A stretch of DNA of 64,000 nucleotides from Balanoglossus misakiensis (Eukaryota; Animalia; Hemichordata), in contig CM082583.2 in NCBI GenBank assembly GCA_040954595.2, positions 4,143,274 through 4,207,273 on the forward strand. Direction: 5' to 3'. The notes under the pieces were generated by a model. The model was not told the origin of the DNA, searched no databases, and was given only the letters and a program-made list of their open reading frames with translations. Numbering within the stretch: position 1 is the stretch's first letter; each line of letters begins with the position of its first letter. A program made the translations under genes and the position numbers. Below are positions 41,901 to 53,205 of the stretch, in pieces.

Positions 41901-44270
41901 AAAAACGTGCAGGAAGGATTTAAAACGGTACGTTTATTATTATCAGCGGCAGTTAGAACAACTTTGTATAGGCCTTACGGTTTGTTCATAAACGTCGACA
42001 TGCATGGCATCTTGGACATTGCAGGGTCTATGTCTGCTCGCATCGACAAATACAATACACGTAGAGCATTGCCTTTGAAAGAAACTTATCCCCGTCGATT
42101 TTCCGAATATGTTTTTAAAGTCATGAACTTGACATTTCGCCATGTCAGATCCGCGCAAAATGTGTCTGTTTATTGGAAATGACACGTCGAACGTGTAAGA
42201 GCCCTGCGCGTCGACTGCAACGCAAGTTGCTGACGTCACAGTAGTATTTTCAACTCGCGTCTTCTGCTTGCGCAGGAAGTGAAAGTGAATTAACCCATCG
42301 GAACGTTGCCGTTTTTGACACCCAGTTTGGACTTTGAAGCCCAAAATTGTGGGTGTCGTTCCTCTTTAAGATATACTTAAACTGGCATTGAATATGGCTG
42401 GAGTCCATGCAATTGTTTGACAGAATGAACACAAGCTAGACATTTCATAGTTCTTCAGGAGTGCTTTTTATGCGGATTGTATGTTGTATGTTGCATGGAG
42501 GTAGGACGGAAAGGAACTACACGTGCTACTGTTGTTTTTGAGGCAAGTCAGTGATTCCACTTGTTTACCGAGTAAACACGACTGTTTATTGGCAAGGCTA
42601 CTCGCATGTGGCTGACAACAAAAGGAAATCAATAAAATAAAAGTTTGATACACACGAAGAATGCAATCAGAACACAATATACATTCTACTGTTTTGAGAA
42701 TATCCATCTAATTTACCAGGCGATGAAACAGGTAGAGAGTCCCTGCGTCAGACCATAGCTACGCACGATTGTACAATCATGTAAACAAACATGGCGTCGA
42801 TCGACGACATCACATCACGTAGAGAGATCGAGTCACAGTCCGATCGAGGTGGTACCTCAGGCAAATGCGAACGATCTTGCATGTTTGCTAACTTTGATGA
42901 TTAGGTTGCAATGATCAATCTAGGCCCGATCAAGAAGACTGAGCTAGAATTTGTCGTGGTAAACCATGACACATTGATTACATCTCGGACACATGCAGAC
43001 ACACACGAAACGCCTATTATTAAATTTATTCCGGTGACATGCTAGCCCAATTCTTAACTCCAGAGTTCTCAAACATGCCTTCTTCTCATTCTAAGACTGG
43101 CAGACTTCTCATGTGTTCATTCGGGCCCGCCAAACACAGCAAGCGCAGCGGGCCCATGGGCTAGCTGGGCCCGAATGCGGGCCCACCAAACACATTTAAT
43201 TAGCAAGCCCTGCGGGCCCATGGGCCTGCTGGGCCCGGAGGGACCGAGCCCCCTGGCGCGCGCAGCAAGCCACTGAGCGCGCCCGGCAAGCGCGCCATGT
43301 GCAGGACATTCAGTCTGTAGTGTACATGATGTGAAATGCCAACGCAATGTATTGGGTACAGAAAATAATAGTGCCTATAGAGCTCTATCCATGAAAAACC
43401 GTTGATGTATGATCTGTAATGTTAGGAATGAAAATTGTGTGTCTCTTTACATAGTAAATACCTATTCCACTTTTTGCAGACTGTTACACCGTTACAGAAA
43501 GTAGGAGTTTCTGCCAAGACAGATGTAAGTAAAATTAACCTAAGAAACTTTAATTATGAATATCCCTGACGATGGAACTTCGAGATTCTTGGATTAACTG
43601 AACGAGCTAATATTTTGTTGTGATTGTATTGCATTACAGGGCAAATAAGGTCACTGACATTATTCACATGACAGAGTATAATAACAAGATAAAAATCATA
43701 ATTCTGTATTTACAAAGAATGGGTCACTACCTCTCAAGATATAACGTTTGGACAATGCAAAAAACTGCAGCCTATAATGATTTTAGTAAAATATCGCCAG
43801 TCAACTTAAGAGTAACGCGTGACTGATTTATAGTTCATGCTTACCAAGCCTGTTCCGTCGAGGTCATATGGATCCACTAATCCACATGCTACCGTGCATT
43901 GAAAGTCAGGATACAGAATTAACCATCAGTTTCCTTATTATGTCAAATTATTTTAACTCAACCACGTTCAAATTATGCCAGGCATTCCGGAAGCCAGCCC
44001 TCCAATTAATTTGACAGTGGTGAGTGTTGGAAGGGAGGACAGCGGTGATGGAACCACGGCTGAAGTGACTGTGTCGTGGCTGAGACCAGTTCAACATAAT
44101 GGTGACGTGCTGTATTATTATGTCGAGTTTGTGAACTTAGACACTGGTCTCAACACGCACTTTCAAGACGTATACGAGGTATGGAGTGTACGTTTAATAC
44201 TTCGTACTTAACTTTTGTCCTGTACGTATTTGCATGAATATAAGTTTTCCACTGAAATTTTGCAAATGTC

Positions 44271-44310
<40 letters not shown>

Positions 44311-47300
44311 GCTCTCTCTCTCTCCCTCCCTCTCTCTCTCTCCCCTCTCTCTATCTCCTTCTGCACGTTTTCGTGAATTATACATCATTTGCATGTACGA
44401 TTTTAATATTGCATGACATTTTTTTTCTTCCACCAGAACGCATCCTACAGTGATACGACACCGTTCCTGGCTAAGCAAAGTAACGTGGAGATTAATAGTA
44501 CCTTCAGTATCATTGTAAGTAGGCCGATTGGCACGTTTTCATCACGCTCTCATATAGTGATTTAACTCAGCGTAACAGAGACTCGAAACTAGTTGGCCAT
44601 GAAGTTCGACTAATGTAGTGTCCCCCTGACCTTTCGATGGGCTCGGTTGGCTGAATGACCTCTTTACTGCATTCATTTCCGGTCAGAAACTGTCAGAGCG
44701 ACACTTTAGCTCTCACTTACTAAAGTCCTGTTCTTAATTATTTTGACGATCTGTCAACAAGTCGTCGTCCTTTGACAGAGCGGGGAAACTGCAGATACCC
44801 AAAGCTTTGGTATCCGTGTAACGTACATCCACAATCAGAATTTTAAAGAAAAATCATGAAAATTATGCAAAAAGTGGCAGGTCATGTAGCTTTTGCTGGT
44901 AATGTTGTATGTGTGTAATAAACTGAGAACGAAATACATCTCAAGGATGGTCCTGTATGTTATCTCTCTTGTATAGGTTTACGTGTTCGGATATTTCCAA
45001 GGAGGCTATCGACGTGGAGAGTCTACAAGCATACAGTTGACTGTATTGCCCGAAGATGAAGCGCCCGCAACGACGACTGTTCAAGGTACCACTTGTCTAT
45101 TTTCCTGCTGTTCAGGGCCTTTTGTTTTTTCTCGACCAACATTTCGAAAGAGAGTACATGTATTATGAATACTGTTAAATTCATCAATTCTTCTCACTAT
45201 AATTCCACCTCAAGACTTATCCCTCCTTGAATGCGCTTATCCATAACATAGTTTTTTATTCATATTTTGATTATCCATGTAATTTAATTTGCATATCGAA
45301 GGAACGACGCCCATCGTTACAGCGCCTGTTTACAAGACCACTGACATATTTGACCCAAAAACGGATGCACTGAGCCAAACAAGAACCCCTGCCGCTGTGC
45401 GAAGTACACCAACGTACGTTATCACCACTATAGCCGTTGGAGGCGCTGTGTTGGTCTCGCTCGTCCTCAGCGCTCTTTATTGTGTACTCAAACGACGCCA
45501 GAGACCCAAAAACAGCAATAATGGCGTTTTCATTCCTGAATTCGATGACGATGATTATGCTGTCCCGACAAACAAAGAAGGTAGGCGTTTTCTTTGATTG
45601 ACTCAATTTGTTCTGAGTAAACGAAATATAGCTGAACTGATATTTTTTTTCATCCCAGCAAGACAGCAGTAGCTATAGCTCTGTGTGAATGTTATGCAAA
45701 TGAAGTGCTGCGCGACCGTTTGGATTGATTCCATATTAATGTCGCTTTTAGTTTTGCAAACTGCATTTCGAACAGCTGGATATTTTCTCTGTAAACACAA
45801 TTTGATTACTCTGTTAGGCAAAGTTTTGGTTACGTCAGAACCGCCACGGTCATGGACATATCAATTTAAGAATTGACATGCCATATAGTATATTCAGTGG
45901 CCAACTACCAGAGAGCCTATGGAACAGTTCTAGATCTTGAATTGTTAGTGGTGCAAAGAAATTCCTATACAAGATGACATAGACTGTCCAGAAAAATTCT
46001 ATGTATAGTTGTAGCCAATCGGTATGACCTAAAGAAATCTTTTTTATTTTAATTCCTTACCTTACCTTGTCAACAGAGAACGAGTTACGGTACACGACCG
46101 GACAAGGTTTGATTGCGAAGCAAGAATTTCCCAGACACCGTCTCACTCTCAAAGAGGAACTTGGACGGGGACATTTTGGTGTTGTCTACAAAGCCATTGC
46201 ATCTGGGTTGGCAGGGCGAAAGGACGCCACCACCGTTGCTGTCAAGATGCTAAAAAGTCAGTAGATACTTAGAAAGCAATTTTAGTTACCTCCCCTAAAT
46301 CCACTTTTAAGTCCGAACATAAATTACGCTATCCGGAAATGCTGGTCATGTAAAAATCGTCGAGCCGGTGCAACTTAGGGAGTCGAATAATTAAGTAATA
46401 TTAGACACTGAACAAATCGTTTTAGATTGTCAAAGTGGCAAATATAGTGATGATGAAATTTTTAGTGCAAGATCGGTTGAACTGTAATATTACACATTGA
46501 TTCATAAGCACACTTTCTCCACAGACAATGCGACTGCATATCAAAAGGAAGATATGCTCCGAGAAATCACCATTCTGCAGGAGCTTGGCGATCATCCCAA
46601 TATCCTAGGAATTTTAGGGTGTTGTACGTGCGAGGAGCCGTATTTTCTCATCACCGAGTACATGACCTACGGAGATTTGTTGCATTTCCTGTGGAGATCT
46701 AGGAAGGTTTGTTTATAAAAAAAATTCGATAGTTACATGGTGAACGTTGAACTAGACATAGTACTATAGTGACTGTTATAAACAGAAGGTGGAGACGCAT
46801 GAGCATCCGAATGTTCTTAACACTAACTGCCGCTCTTTGAGTTTTCGTCAGTTATATGTAATAAATGGAACGTAACCACCTTTATACAAGAATGTTTCAT
46901 TTTCACTGTCATTTTTATTTCATTTAACCAATTCGTTTAATCGGTCAAACAGAAAGAATACCAGAATGAAGATGTCATGTATGAACTGAGTGAGATGTCC
47001 TTCTATCAGATTGCCAGACAAATAGCACGAGGGATGGTAAGTATATAAGCATTGGTAGTGAATGAACTACCGATTATGTGGCCAGTTCAACTGACAGTAA
47101 ACACTGTGACAAAGAGCAGACGACATGGATTTTTGAGAACAAGAGAAGATATGTAGAGTATGAATGAACTTACAATGAAATCTTGGACAGACGGACCAGC
47201 AGATATTAAACAGAGTGACCACAACTACTTGTACCCGAGAACTTCATGTTCACAGAAAACTTTTGAGCTGAGATGGGGACTCATATTATGTATGTGTTCT

Positions 47301-49664
47301 TTTGCAGGTATTCCTATCGCAAAACAAGTACGTTCACGGCGACCTGGCAGCCAGGAATGTATTAGTCGGCGATGATCTGATGGTGAAGATCACCGACTTT
47401 GGATTAGCCAACGACGTGTATCTGCAAGGGTGGACAGCCCTGCCAACCGAAAGATTGCGAGCGGTGAAGTGGGTCAGCTTGGAGACCAACTTACAAGGAA
47501 TGTGTACCATCGAAAGTGACGTGTAAGCCAACATCTCATCATAAAGCTAAACGAGAGACCAGTTTTCACAACTATACAATTAACTGTAGGACATTTAATT
47601 CACCTCAGCCAGAAATAACTATTCTGAAATCACTATGGCAAATATTTTTAACAATTTCGCTGCAATGTTTAGGGACAGTGATTGGTGCATACTTTTGATG
47701 CGTAATGAAAATCAACGCACGGGACATTGTGACACTTTCCATCTTGAATCTATCGACTGGGAAATTGCTTGGGTATAGAGGGCTCTGTAGCCATATCTTC
47801 AGAAATGAATATGATGTATTGGAATTCAAAATTGGTGTTCGTGTGGTCCATTTTCAGGTGGTCGTTTGGTATCGTCCTCTATGAGATAGTGACAAAGGGT
47901 GCCACGCCGTACCCCAGCATGTCGGCGGCTGAAACCATCGCTTTGTTGAAAGACGGGTACCGAATGGAAATACCAGAAGAATGCCCCATGGAAATGTGAG
48001 TTGCCTTTCGTACCGTGTACTGGCTGTGACCTCAGCTCAAATTTTGTGATATTTTAGTGCCATGTTTCATTTATTATGTTGTAAGCCAGTTCTGTTGCTA
48101 CATTTCACATGAGAGAGTACCTTGAGCGGTAATGAATTCTTTTATCATAGAAATAAAGAACTTTTATTTGTCGTTAACACTTTTTCTCGGTGTTCGATGT
48201 AGGTACGATCTGATGCGGAAGTGTTGGCGAGAGAAACCCGAGGAAAGACCGACCTTTCCCGATTTGTTAGAAGCAATTGATCAGATTCTGATTAAATATG
48301 TTGACTACATGGATGATGGCGTCACAGTTGACGACAAGATGTACGAGAACGATGACGTCATAGACAGGACGGCACTTTCTCTGACCGTTGATGGCGATGT
48401 TCAGGCTTCAAAGGTCAGGACAATCTACACGTAACCACTCGCTCGAATAGCAATCTATTTTCTCTCTTACATACAAGACTATAGCTTAGTCGGCGGTGTT
48501 TGGATCATACCCTTCCACTCTGGCCCGTGGTTATAAGTTCTTGCATCCTATATTGGATTTTCCCTTCTTTGTTTGATATTATCTGCCCTTAGAAGATGCC
48601 TTTCCTTGCGGACGCAATGGTGGTTGAATACCCCAATTTTAACGAAATTGTTTCCCACCATAATAATCATGATTCAGCAGCGAGTTAGAATGAAAACGTT
48701 TAGTATTTCGTTCCTAAATAAACCATGCCTCTTCCGGATCCAATAAAATTACAACCAATAAATATGTATTTAATTTAATATTTTCGTCGTGTTTTCTTTT
48801 ATACTTTTTTATCAGTACATCTCATATTTTTATTTAAGACATTTTAAGGTAGCATTGTACAAGACTTAGTTGCTTACTTGTGCGGGGGTCGTGTTAATAA
48901 AATCGTTTTTAATGCAATTATGCCTCATAAGTCATTGAACTAAACATGCCTACAATATTTTACCAAAATACAGATGACGTCATCTATTTCACGCTCATCA
49001 CTTGAAGTTTCTGACCACCGTTAAAAAAAACTAAAGTCAACTTTGATGGTTTACCAGACATTTTGAGAATAATACAATGTGGATAGTAAAATATATCTGC
49101 ATGTTATTTAATGAGTGAGCAGCGCCTTGTCAAACTTTAGAGTATCTTGAAAATCCAGCAACGATCTAGGCGAACTACGCCAGGCATTACATTTGCAAAG
49201 ACATCTAGTTTGGTTTTACACAGGATGTATAAACGACATTGATAACAAATGTCTATTCCTTTCGACATAAAATATTGACGCCTTTCAGATTTTCATCAAT
49301 CTTCCAGGGATAACTGTCGCATACAGGTTTACAGTTTGCACCAAGTATTAAGCCTTAATTTGTCGCTGGTCCCGTTTTTTGTCAAGTGTTCTAATTCTAA
49401 TTAATTTCATTCCGATTTTCTTCATTATCGTATGTTGTACTTCAACGTGCCTTTTCACTTCCCCGCCTGCAGAAATTCCTATCGAAGACTAAAAGCCAAG
49501 GGAGTGGTGACTCAGCATTTTCGGAGGAGAGCGCCCTCACTGGAGAATCCAACATATCGAGTTGCTCGACAGACAGAACGTTAACGCCGACACGCATCAT
49601 CGAAAAGAGCCATTCTCCGGTAGGTGAGGAAAACCAGGAGGAGGAGGAAGAAGACGCGCTTTAA
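30931..49664 (+). CDS. Receptor tyrosine kinase: signal peptide, two FN3-like ectodomain modules, Thr-rich stalk, TM, FGFR/Ret-like kinase domain with non-RD catalytic loop; 795 aa, 17 exons
   Basis: Exons: 30931-31012, 31536-31634, 31977-32149, 32645-32701, 33043-33109, 43480-43524, 43982-44178, 44437-44514, 44977-45085, 45302-45580, 46077-46256, 46525-46706, 46953-47036, 47308-47522, 47858-47995, 48203-48413, 49473-49664 (TAA). Total 2388 nt, all GT-AG and in phase. Signal peptide [23 protein letters not shown]3 hallmarks [27 protein letters not shown]...VTVSWLRP...NG...[30 protein letters not shown] followed by KRRQR. Kinase motifs [41 protein letters not shown]...RPTF. Confidence 0.9.
31670..31940. 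repeat. Degenerate (GACA)/(GA) purine-rich simple repeat in RTK intron 2
   Basis: Runs of GACA and GAGA units. Confidence 0.8.
32879..32913. repeat. (AAC)n microsatellite
   Basis: Directly visible. Confidence 0.9.
34870..35257 (-). mobile_element. Non-autonomous hairpin element (CryptonV/TE-X-like architecture), minus orientation
   Basis: About 160-bp imperfect palindrome 35096-35257 (GAAATAA...GCCCTGACCATAAACGTTTGTT...AAAGCCAAAATTCATGGGC / GCCCATGAATTTTTGGCTTT...AACAAACGTTAATGGTCAGGGC...TTATTTC). The adjacent TGGTAATATAAT (35083-35094) is complementary to the distal ATTATATTACCA (34870-34881). Confidence 0.65.
36926..37039 (+). repeat. About 50-bp direct repeat x2
   Basis: CTCGGATAGAAAGCAGAAAT(TAAT)GTAAGGAAAATCCACAATGTCTGACAGGT at 36926-36978 and 36991-37039. 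Confidence 0.85.
38323..41761 (+). mobile_element. 5'-truncated non-LTR retrotransposon (APE-RT-zinc knuckle; RTE-X-like), recent insertion
   Basis: Perfect 14-bp TSD TATAATGGAAGCCA at 38309-38322 and 41762-41775. Uninterrupted reading frame 38323-41664. Short 3' UTR with AATAAA and a (TAA)n tail. Clade assignment is inferred from the C-terminal motif. Confidence 0.92.
38491..41664 (+). CDS. LINE ORF2-type protein: apurinic endonuclease (N-terminally truncated), reverse transcriptase, C-terminal Cys/His knuckle
   Basis: APE motifs [26 protein letters not shown] motifs [56 protein letters not shown]-terminal SAHTLRIE...CHYC...[10 protein letters not shown]. The frame stays open upstream to the 38323 junction ([10 protein letters not shown]...SGGISIFY), so this ATG is internal. 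Confidence 0.93.
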   Translation: MFTSHSLMMVFGVVYFSPLGSSKYADEQNFSLLEDDLASLSAKFPDFKFIVCGDFNARTATEPDYVSNDNVNLLPLGDDYIFEQQIPDRASMDHTVNSYGHLLLSFCKHSGMKIVNGRLYDDLNHGHFTCVKEQGGSVVDYVLTNYVNFEIFEYFGVSDRPESDHHPVLFDLKYHTVSQISNAKSNEASAQYTKYTWNDKDQNAFVSFWDGERGNNSATEVMVALEYNDISHATSTLMESILASVQSMKVSCTKFTGSYHGKCKSWYDQECSQLKRCVNKALNNFRNSRSSSCLKIYIDLKKEYKCLLNFKKNAFYEFEKQKLEILSRQSNSKEFWKLINVKKCGPAPNISGEEWFNFFSELFTEPLTQVHTSDTEFYEEIKTFMDQVNYHENLNDTVYETGELETDITMGEFDNALCRLKGGKAPGFDGISPEILKNSPLHLKRLILCVFNKILNTGNFPEQWAQGLIVPLHKKGPKDIVNNYRGITLLPTINKVFSDIVYQRLLAWSETYFPLIEEQGGFRKKYSTADNIFILHTIVTRYLDLKGRFYCAFIDFEKAFDRVNHCLLFYKLFKAGLKGKVFSVLRSMYANVTACVRTSAGMSDFFKCELGVQQGSILSPLLFTLFINDMREALDHDFAGVHIATIKLFFLLFADDLTLFSSTKIGLQRLLNNLSVYASKWKLRVNIDKSKIIVFRKGGRLKASEKWFINGNRIEVVPVYNYLGVLFSSSGLWNKAQSQLAIQATKALFNVKKSLCKFRLLDVSLAFKIFDTKILPIMMYGSEVWGLHAGEQIEIVQNKFCRFILKLYHNAPNLAVKGELGRFSIRTVRLARVVKYWLRLLSLPHCRIVHTCYKFQFCEAEKSKGCWAFGVKQLLFSLGMGEAWLSQGVGNVNVFLSLFKQRCQDIFIQEWYANMSAFPKLDTYCKFKSSFGREKYFSVLQEEKFRNALCRFRVSAHTLRIESDRHLHNQRAERICHYCNTNNIEDEFHFCLICPFYTDLRAKYIPKYFYTLPSIDKFVKLLQSENASIIQNLSKFILFSTRKRHNAIPGSTPANVV
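44267..44360. repeat. (TCTG)n(TC)n microsatellite
   Basis: Directly visible in an RTK intron. Confidence 0.9.
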
Positions 49665-50191
49665 TTCCATGGCAACCATGACAGCGGGACTAACTCAAAC
49701 AACTAGCTTGTTGTCAGCTCGTTAAGTGACTTTCAGTGACTGAATGTGATCGTTTTATTTTGACTTATCAGTGATGAAAAACCTCCCACAAGAGTGAGTC
49801 TATACGAAGTTTATGATACAAAGTTGGTCGCACTATTGGAACTAACTTACTATTGGAAATATTCGCCAAACAGAAAATGCGAAACTCCTGATATTCTCAC
49901 GGAATCAGTACGTTCGTATGGACGTATACATTATGTCATAAATTTAGACATTTTTATACTGTGATTTGTATTGTACAACATTATGTCGGTAAGGAACATT
50001 CTGTTAGTATATATATTCCCGTGATATTTAGTTTGTTTGGCGTCATCGTATACGAATGTTTTTCGTGCTCCTACGAGGAGGGCTGGTTTCCGCGAGGTGA
50101 ACTGGCTCAAATGGCAAATAGACGTGCCAGTTATAAATGAACAAGTAGAGGGCGTTGTTCTCAACAAGAATGTGAAATATTTCTACATTTA

Positions 50192-50835
50192 GGGAGCATT
50201 CGTTTTTTACAGGGAGGGGGGGGGCGGTGGAATTTGAGTCGCCGACTAAATGTAAAAGGCAACCCCCCTGGAAATTACTTTTCTAAAATGTGACCCCCCC
50301 CCCCAAAACAAAAAAGTTTATCCACCGGATTAAACTTATCAAACTTTGTCAGATATTGGTGTATGTTCGACATACCACATTGAAGGGGGTGGGTTTGGGA
50401 GGGGGTGTCCCCCTCCCACGTAAGAAAATTTTATTAAATACAGAGCTCAAAGCTGCATTTTAATGAACCCAGCAAAAGCAAATTAACGTCGCCGCTCAAA
50501 GTTATCATGGGGTGGGGGCAAGTCCCCTGACCTGGGACACTAGATAAACCAGTCATTGATTGAAAGGTGTTGATGAATGAAGGGGTGGGTGTGGGAGGGG
50601 GTGTCCCCCTCCCACATTAGAAAATTTTTTAAAATAAAGGACGCGAAACTGCATTTTTGTGGACTCAAAATAAATATTTAGCCGTCAAAGTTTTCAAGTC
50701 CCCCCCTTTTCAGTCCCTATATAATAATCCCTTGATTATAACATTTGTCCCCCCCTAAAAACTGCTTTGTAAAAGTAAACCCCCCCCCCTGATTTCCACC
50801 GCCCCCCCCCCTCCCTGTAAAAAACGAATGCTCCC
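50192..50835. mobile_element. PIF/Harbinger (Tourist)-like MITE, TSD TTA
   Basis: TIR GGGAGCATTCGTTTTTTACAGGGAGGGGGGGGGCGGTGGAA / TTCCACCGCCCCCCCCCCTCCCTGTAAAAAACGAATGCTCCC. TTA at 50189-50191 and 50836-50838. Two internal copies of GAAGGGGTGGGT.TGGGAGGGGGTGTCCCCCTCCCAC. Confidence 0.8.
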
Positions 50836-51305
50836 TTACTACTAGTATCTATTATAGTATACAACATTTCTCCTGGAATTCTTCCCTATACAATTTTGTC
50901 GAAATTATGAAATGAATGAATGACAAATACACGAGTTTGGCAGCAAATATTATACAAGTCAAGTAGTTTGATTCGAAAACTGAAAAGTGGAGGCGCTTGC
51001 AGGCCCAACCGTTGGCAACAAAGTGTACGACAACAACTTAACCCATTGTTAAAAATGTTTGGAGGCGTGCTCATTGTCGAGGTGGCTTGATACAGTGTGT
51101 GAAGAGGTACACTCAATTATCGAAGTGTCAATCTCCCTATCTCCCTGTTGCTTTATCGATTCCCTGGTACACTGCAACATAAATGTATTACTGATGCCCC
51201 TCAACGATGGAGACTGTGACCAGACCGTCGGGTTGGTGATATCCTGCTTTTTGGAGGAAGTCTCTTGTTGTGCCAGAAACTAGCCCTGAAAGAGTTGACC
51301 ACTAA

Positions 51306-52124
51306 AGGACCGTTCAGATTTTACGCCTTGGGTGGGGGGGGGGGGGGGGGGGTCGTCGGCAAGTTTGTGTCATCGGTTTTCAAAATTCGGCAGACCCCCC
51401 TTCACCAGGACCAAAACATGATGACCCCCCCCCCCTCGAAAACATTACACCTACTTGTGGAGGAACAAAGCTTGTTTCCAAGAGCCTGCTCGCCGTCCTG
51501 ATCTTATGTACACTGTATGCAATAAAGGGAAAGAGGTTCCCCACACCTCATTTATAAATTTCTGTAAGAAATTTATAATTGGGGTGTAGTATAGTGTTGC
51601 AATAAAGAAATCTATGAATAAATTAAAATGACAAGTCAATTGGTAAAAACGAGAGAAGTGAAGGGGTGGGTGTGGGAGGGGCATAAGAAAATTTTGTAAA
51701 ATACGGAGCCCAAAGTTGCATTTTAATGAACTCAAAAGCAAATTAAGTCAATGTTGGGGAGGACATTTTTTACTTTTGCTGCTAAAAGTTAGCATCGGCC
51801 GGTGGGGTACGGTGGCAAGTACTCTGCCCTGGTACACTAGACAAACCAGCCAATTATAGAAATGTTGCGAAGAATGAAGGGGTGGGTGTGGGAGGGGGTG
51901 TCCCCCTGTTACATTAGAAAATTTTGTAAAATGAAGGGCTCGAAACTGCATTTTTGTGGGCTCAAAAGCAAAAGTTGGGGGGGGGGGGCAAAAGTGTGTA
52001 ACCCTTCTCTAAACGTTTCGAAAAAAAGATGACCCCTCTTTTGGATTTCAAAATTTGTGACACCCACCCACTTCCCGGATTTTGCCGCCCCCCCCCCCCC
52101 AGGCCATAAAAACTGAACGGTCCC
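51306..52124. mobile_element. PIF/Harbinger-like MITE, TSD TAA; shares an internal module with 50192-50835
   Basis: TIR AGGACCGTTCAGATTTTACGCC...polyG / polyC...GGCCATAAAAACTGAACGGTCCC. TAA at 51303-51305 and 52125-52127. Internal GAAGGGGTGGGTGTGGGAGGGG...AGAAAATTTTGTAAAAT at about 51660 and 51876. Confidence 0.72.
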
Positions 52125-53133
52125 TAACCAAAACAAACGCTAGAGGGGCGAGTTTTGTAGTACACATTGTGCTTGTAGGCTTGGGTACGGTTCGCGGCCG
52201 GCTTGGGGCGAATATGCCTTCAGCCATATACGTGGAGCATCATCTGCAGGGCGTCGACTTGATAATTGAATTGAAACTCACATTCCAAAGAGTGAATTTA
52301 CATAAACTTTGGACATTACTGGTAATTCAGCGCGCGTGTGTGAACATACCAGTAAACGTCCGGGAAATAAATCGACCTGATACACACAGTCGCTTGAAAT
52401 TTGTGCGTTGTTTACAAGGTGATTGTCCTGATACCAAGTCAATGCACTGCGCATGAGCAAACAATAAATGAAAACGTTGCGGGGAAAGTACCCTTTACAC
52501 TTCAAAAGACCGAAGCTTAAGACTGACAAAGATAGCCGGATTTCAGCACTGTCGGTAATGTTATGCTGTTATGATGGAATTAACAATGCTTGATAAACTA
52601 GCTGCGCTTGTGTGTCTGCTTTAGGGACTTAAGGAACAATTTCACAGTTTGCAAAATTAACTTGCACAATCTTTACGTGTCACCTGTGGGGAAAACACCA
52701 TACATTTCCGGGTGCAAAGTGCAGTGTCCAGTTTTAGGCACGGTTTGCTTCACCGTGGCCATTTTCGTTTGCTTCGACCACCCGTGTCTTGACGAACCAT
52801 TTATTTATAGTACTTGAATCATAATTTGTTAGTTGTAACCTTTGCTATCATAATTTAGTTAGGCTTGGTGTTTGTATGTCATGATTCGGTAACAAACGTT
52901 TACGAAAGCAGTCTTCACACTGATCTGTAGCAACAGAGCATTCTTTTCAAGTTAAGCATGGTACATATACATGCATGGAAACTGCAGTACCGTAGCTCGA
53001 AGTTTTGCCTCAGATAGTATTTTGGGTTTTCCATTCAAACACAATCATACCGGGCAAAACATCGAGCTTCGGTACTGCAGCTGGGTACCCGTTGTTGGAT
53101 ACAACTGTAATACACCAACCGCCCAACGCCACT

Positions 53134-53188
<55 letters not shown>

Positions 53189-53205
53189 TCATCAACAGCA
53201 ACAAC
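53134..53205 (+). repeat. (CAC)n(CAA)n trinucleotide repeat in a probable 5' UTR exon of the DED gene
   Basis: Directly visible; followed by donor GT|GTAAGT at 53229 and acceptor TTTCAG|53288. Confidence 0.85.

Larger units (their letters stand above)
37768..42365. mobile_element. TTAA-flanked non-autonomous DNA transposon (Kolobok-like, about 1.15 kb of its own sequence) interrupted by the LINE
   Basis: TTAA at 37764-37767 and 42366-42369. Termini AGTGGAACG / CGTTCCTCT (8/9 inverted match). Perfect 15-bp subterminal IR GTGACGTCAGCAACT (37908-37922) / AGTTGCTGACGTCAC (42225-42239). Confidence 0.6.

Noticed and set aside
50142-50156. CTCF-like motif CAAGTAGAGGGCGT downstream of the RTK
   Set aside because: A single imperfect match, expected by chance in 64 kb.
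51050-52456. Exon-like stretches on the minus strand around the second MITE
   Set aside because: Frames are short or interrupted by stops, with no recognisable domain or consistent splice chain.
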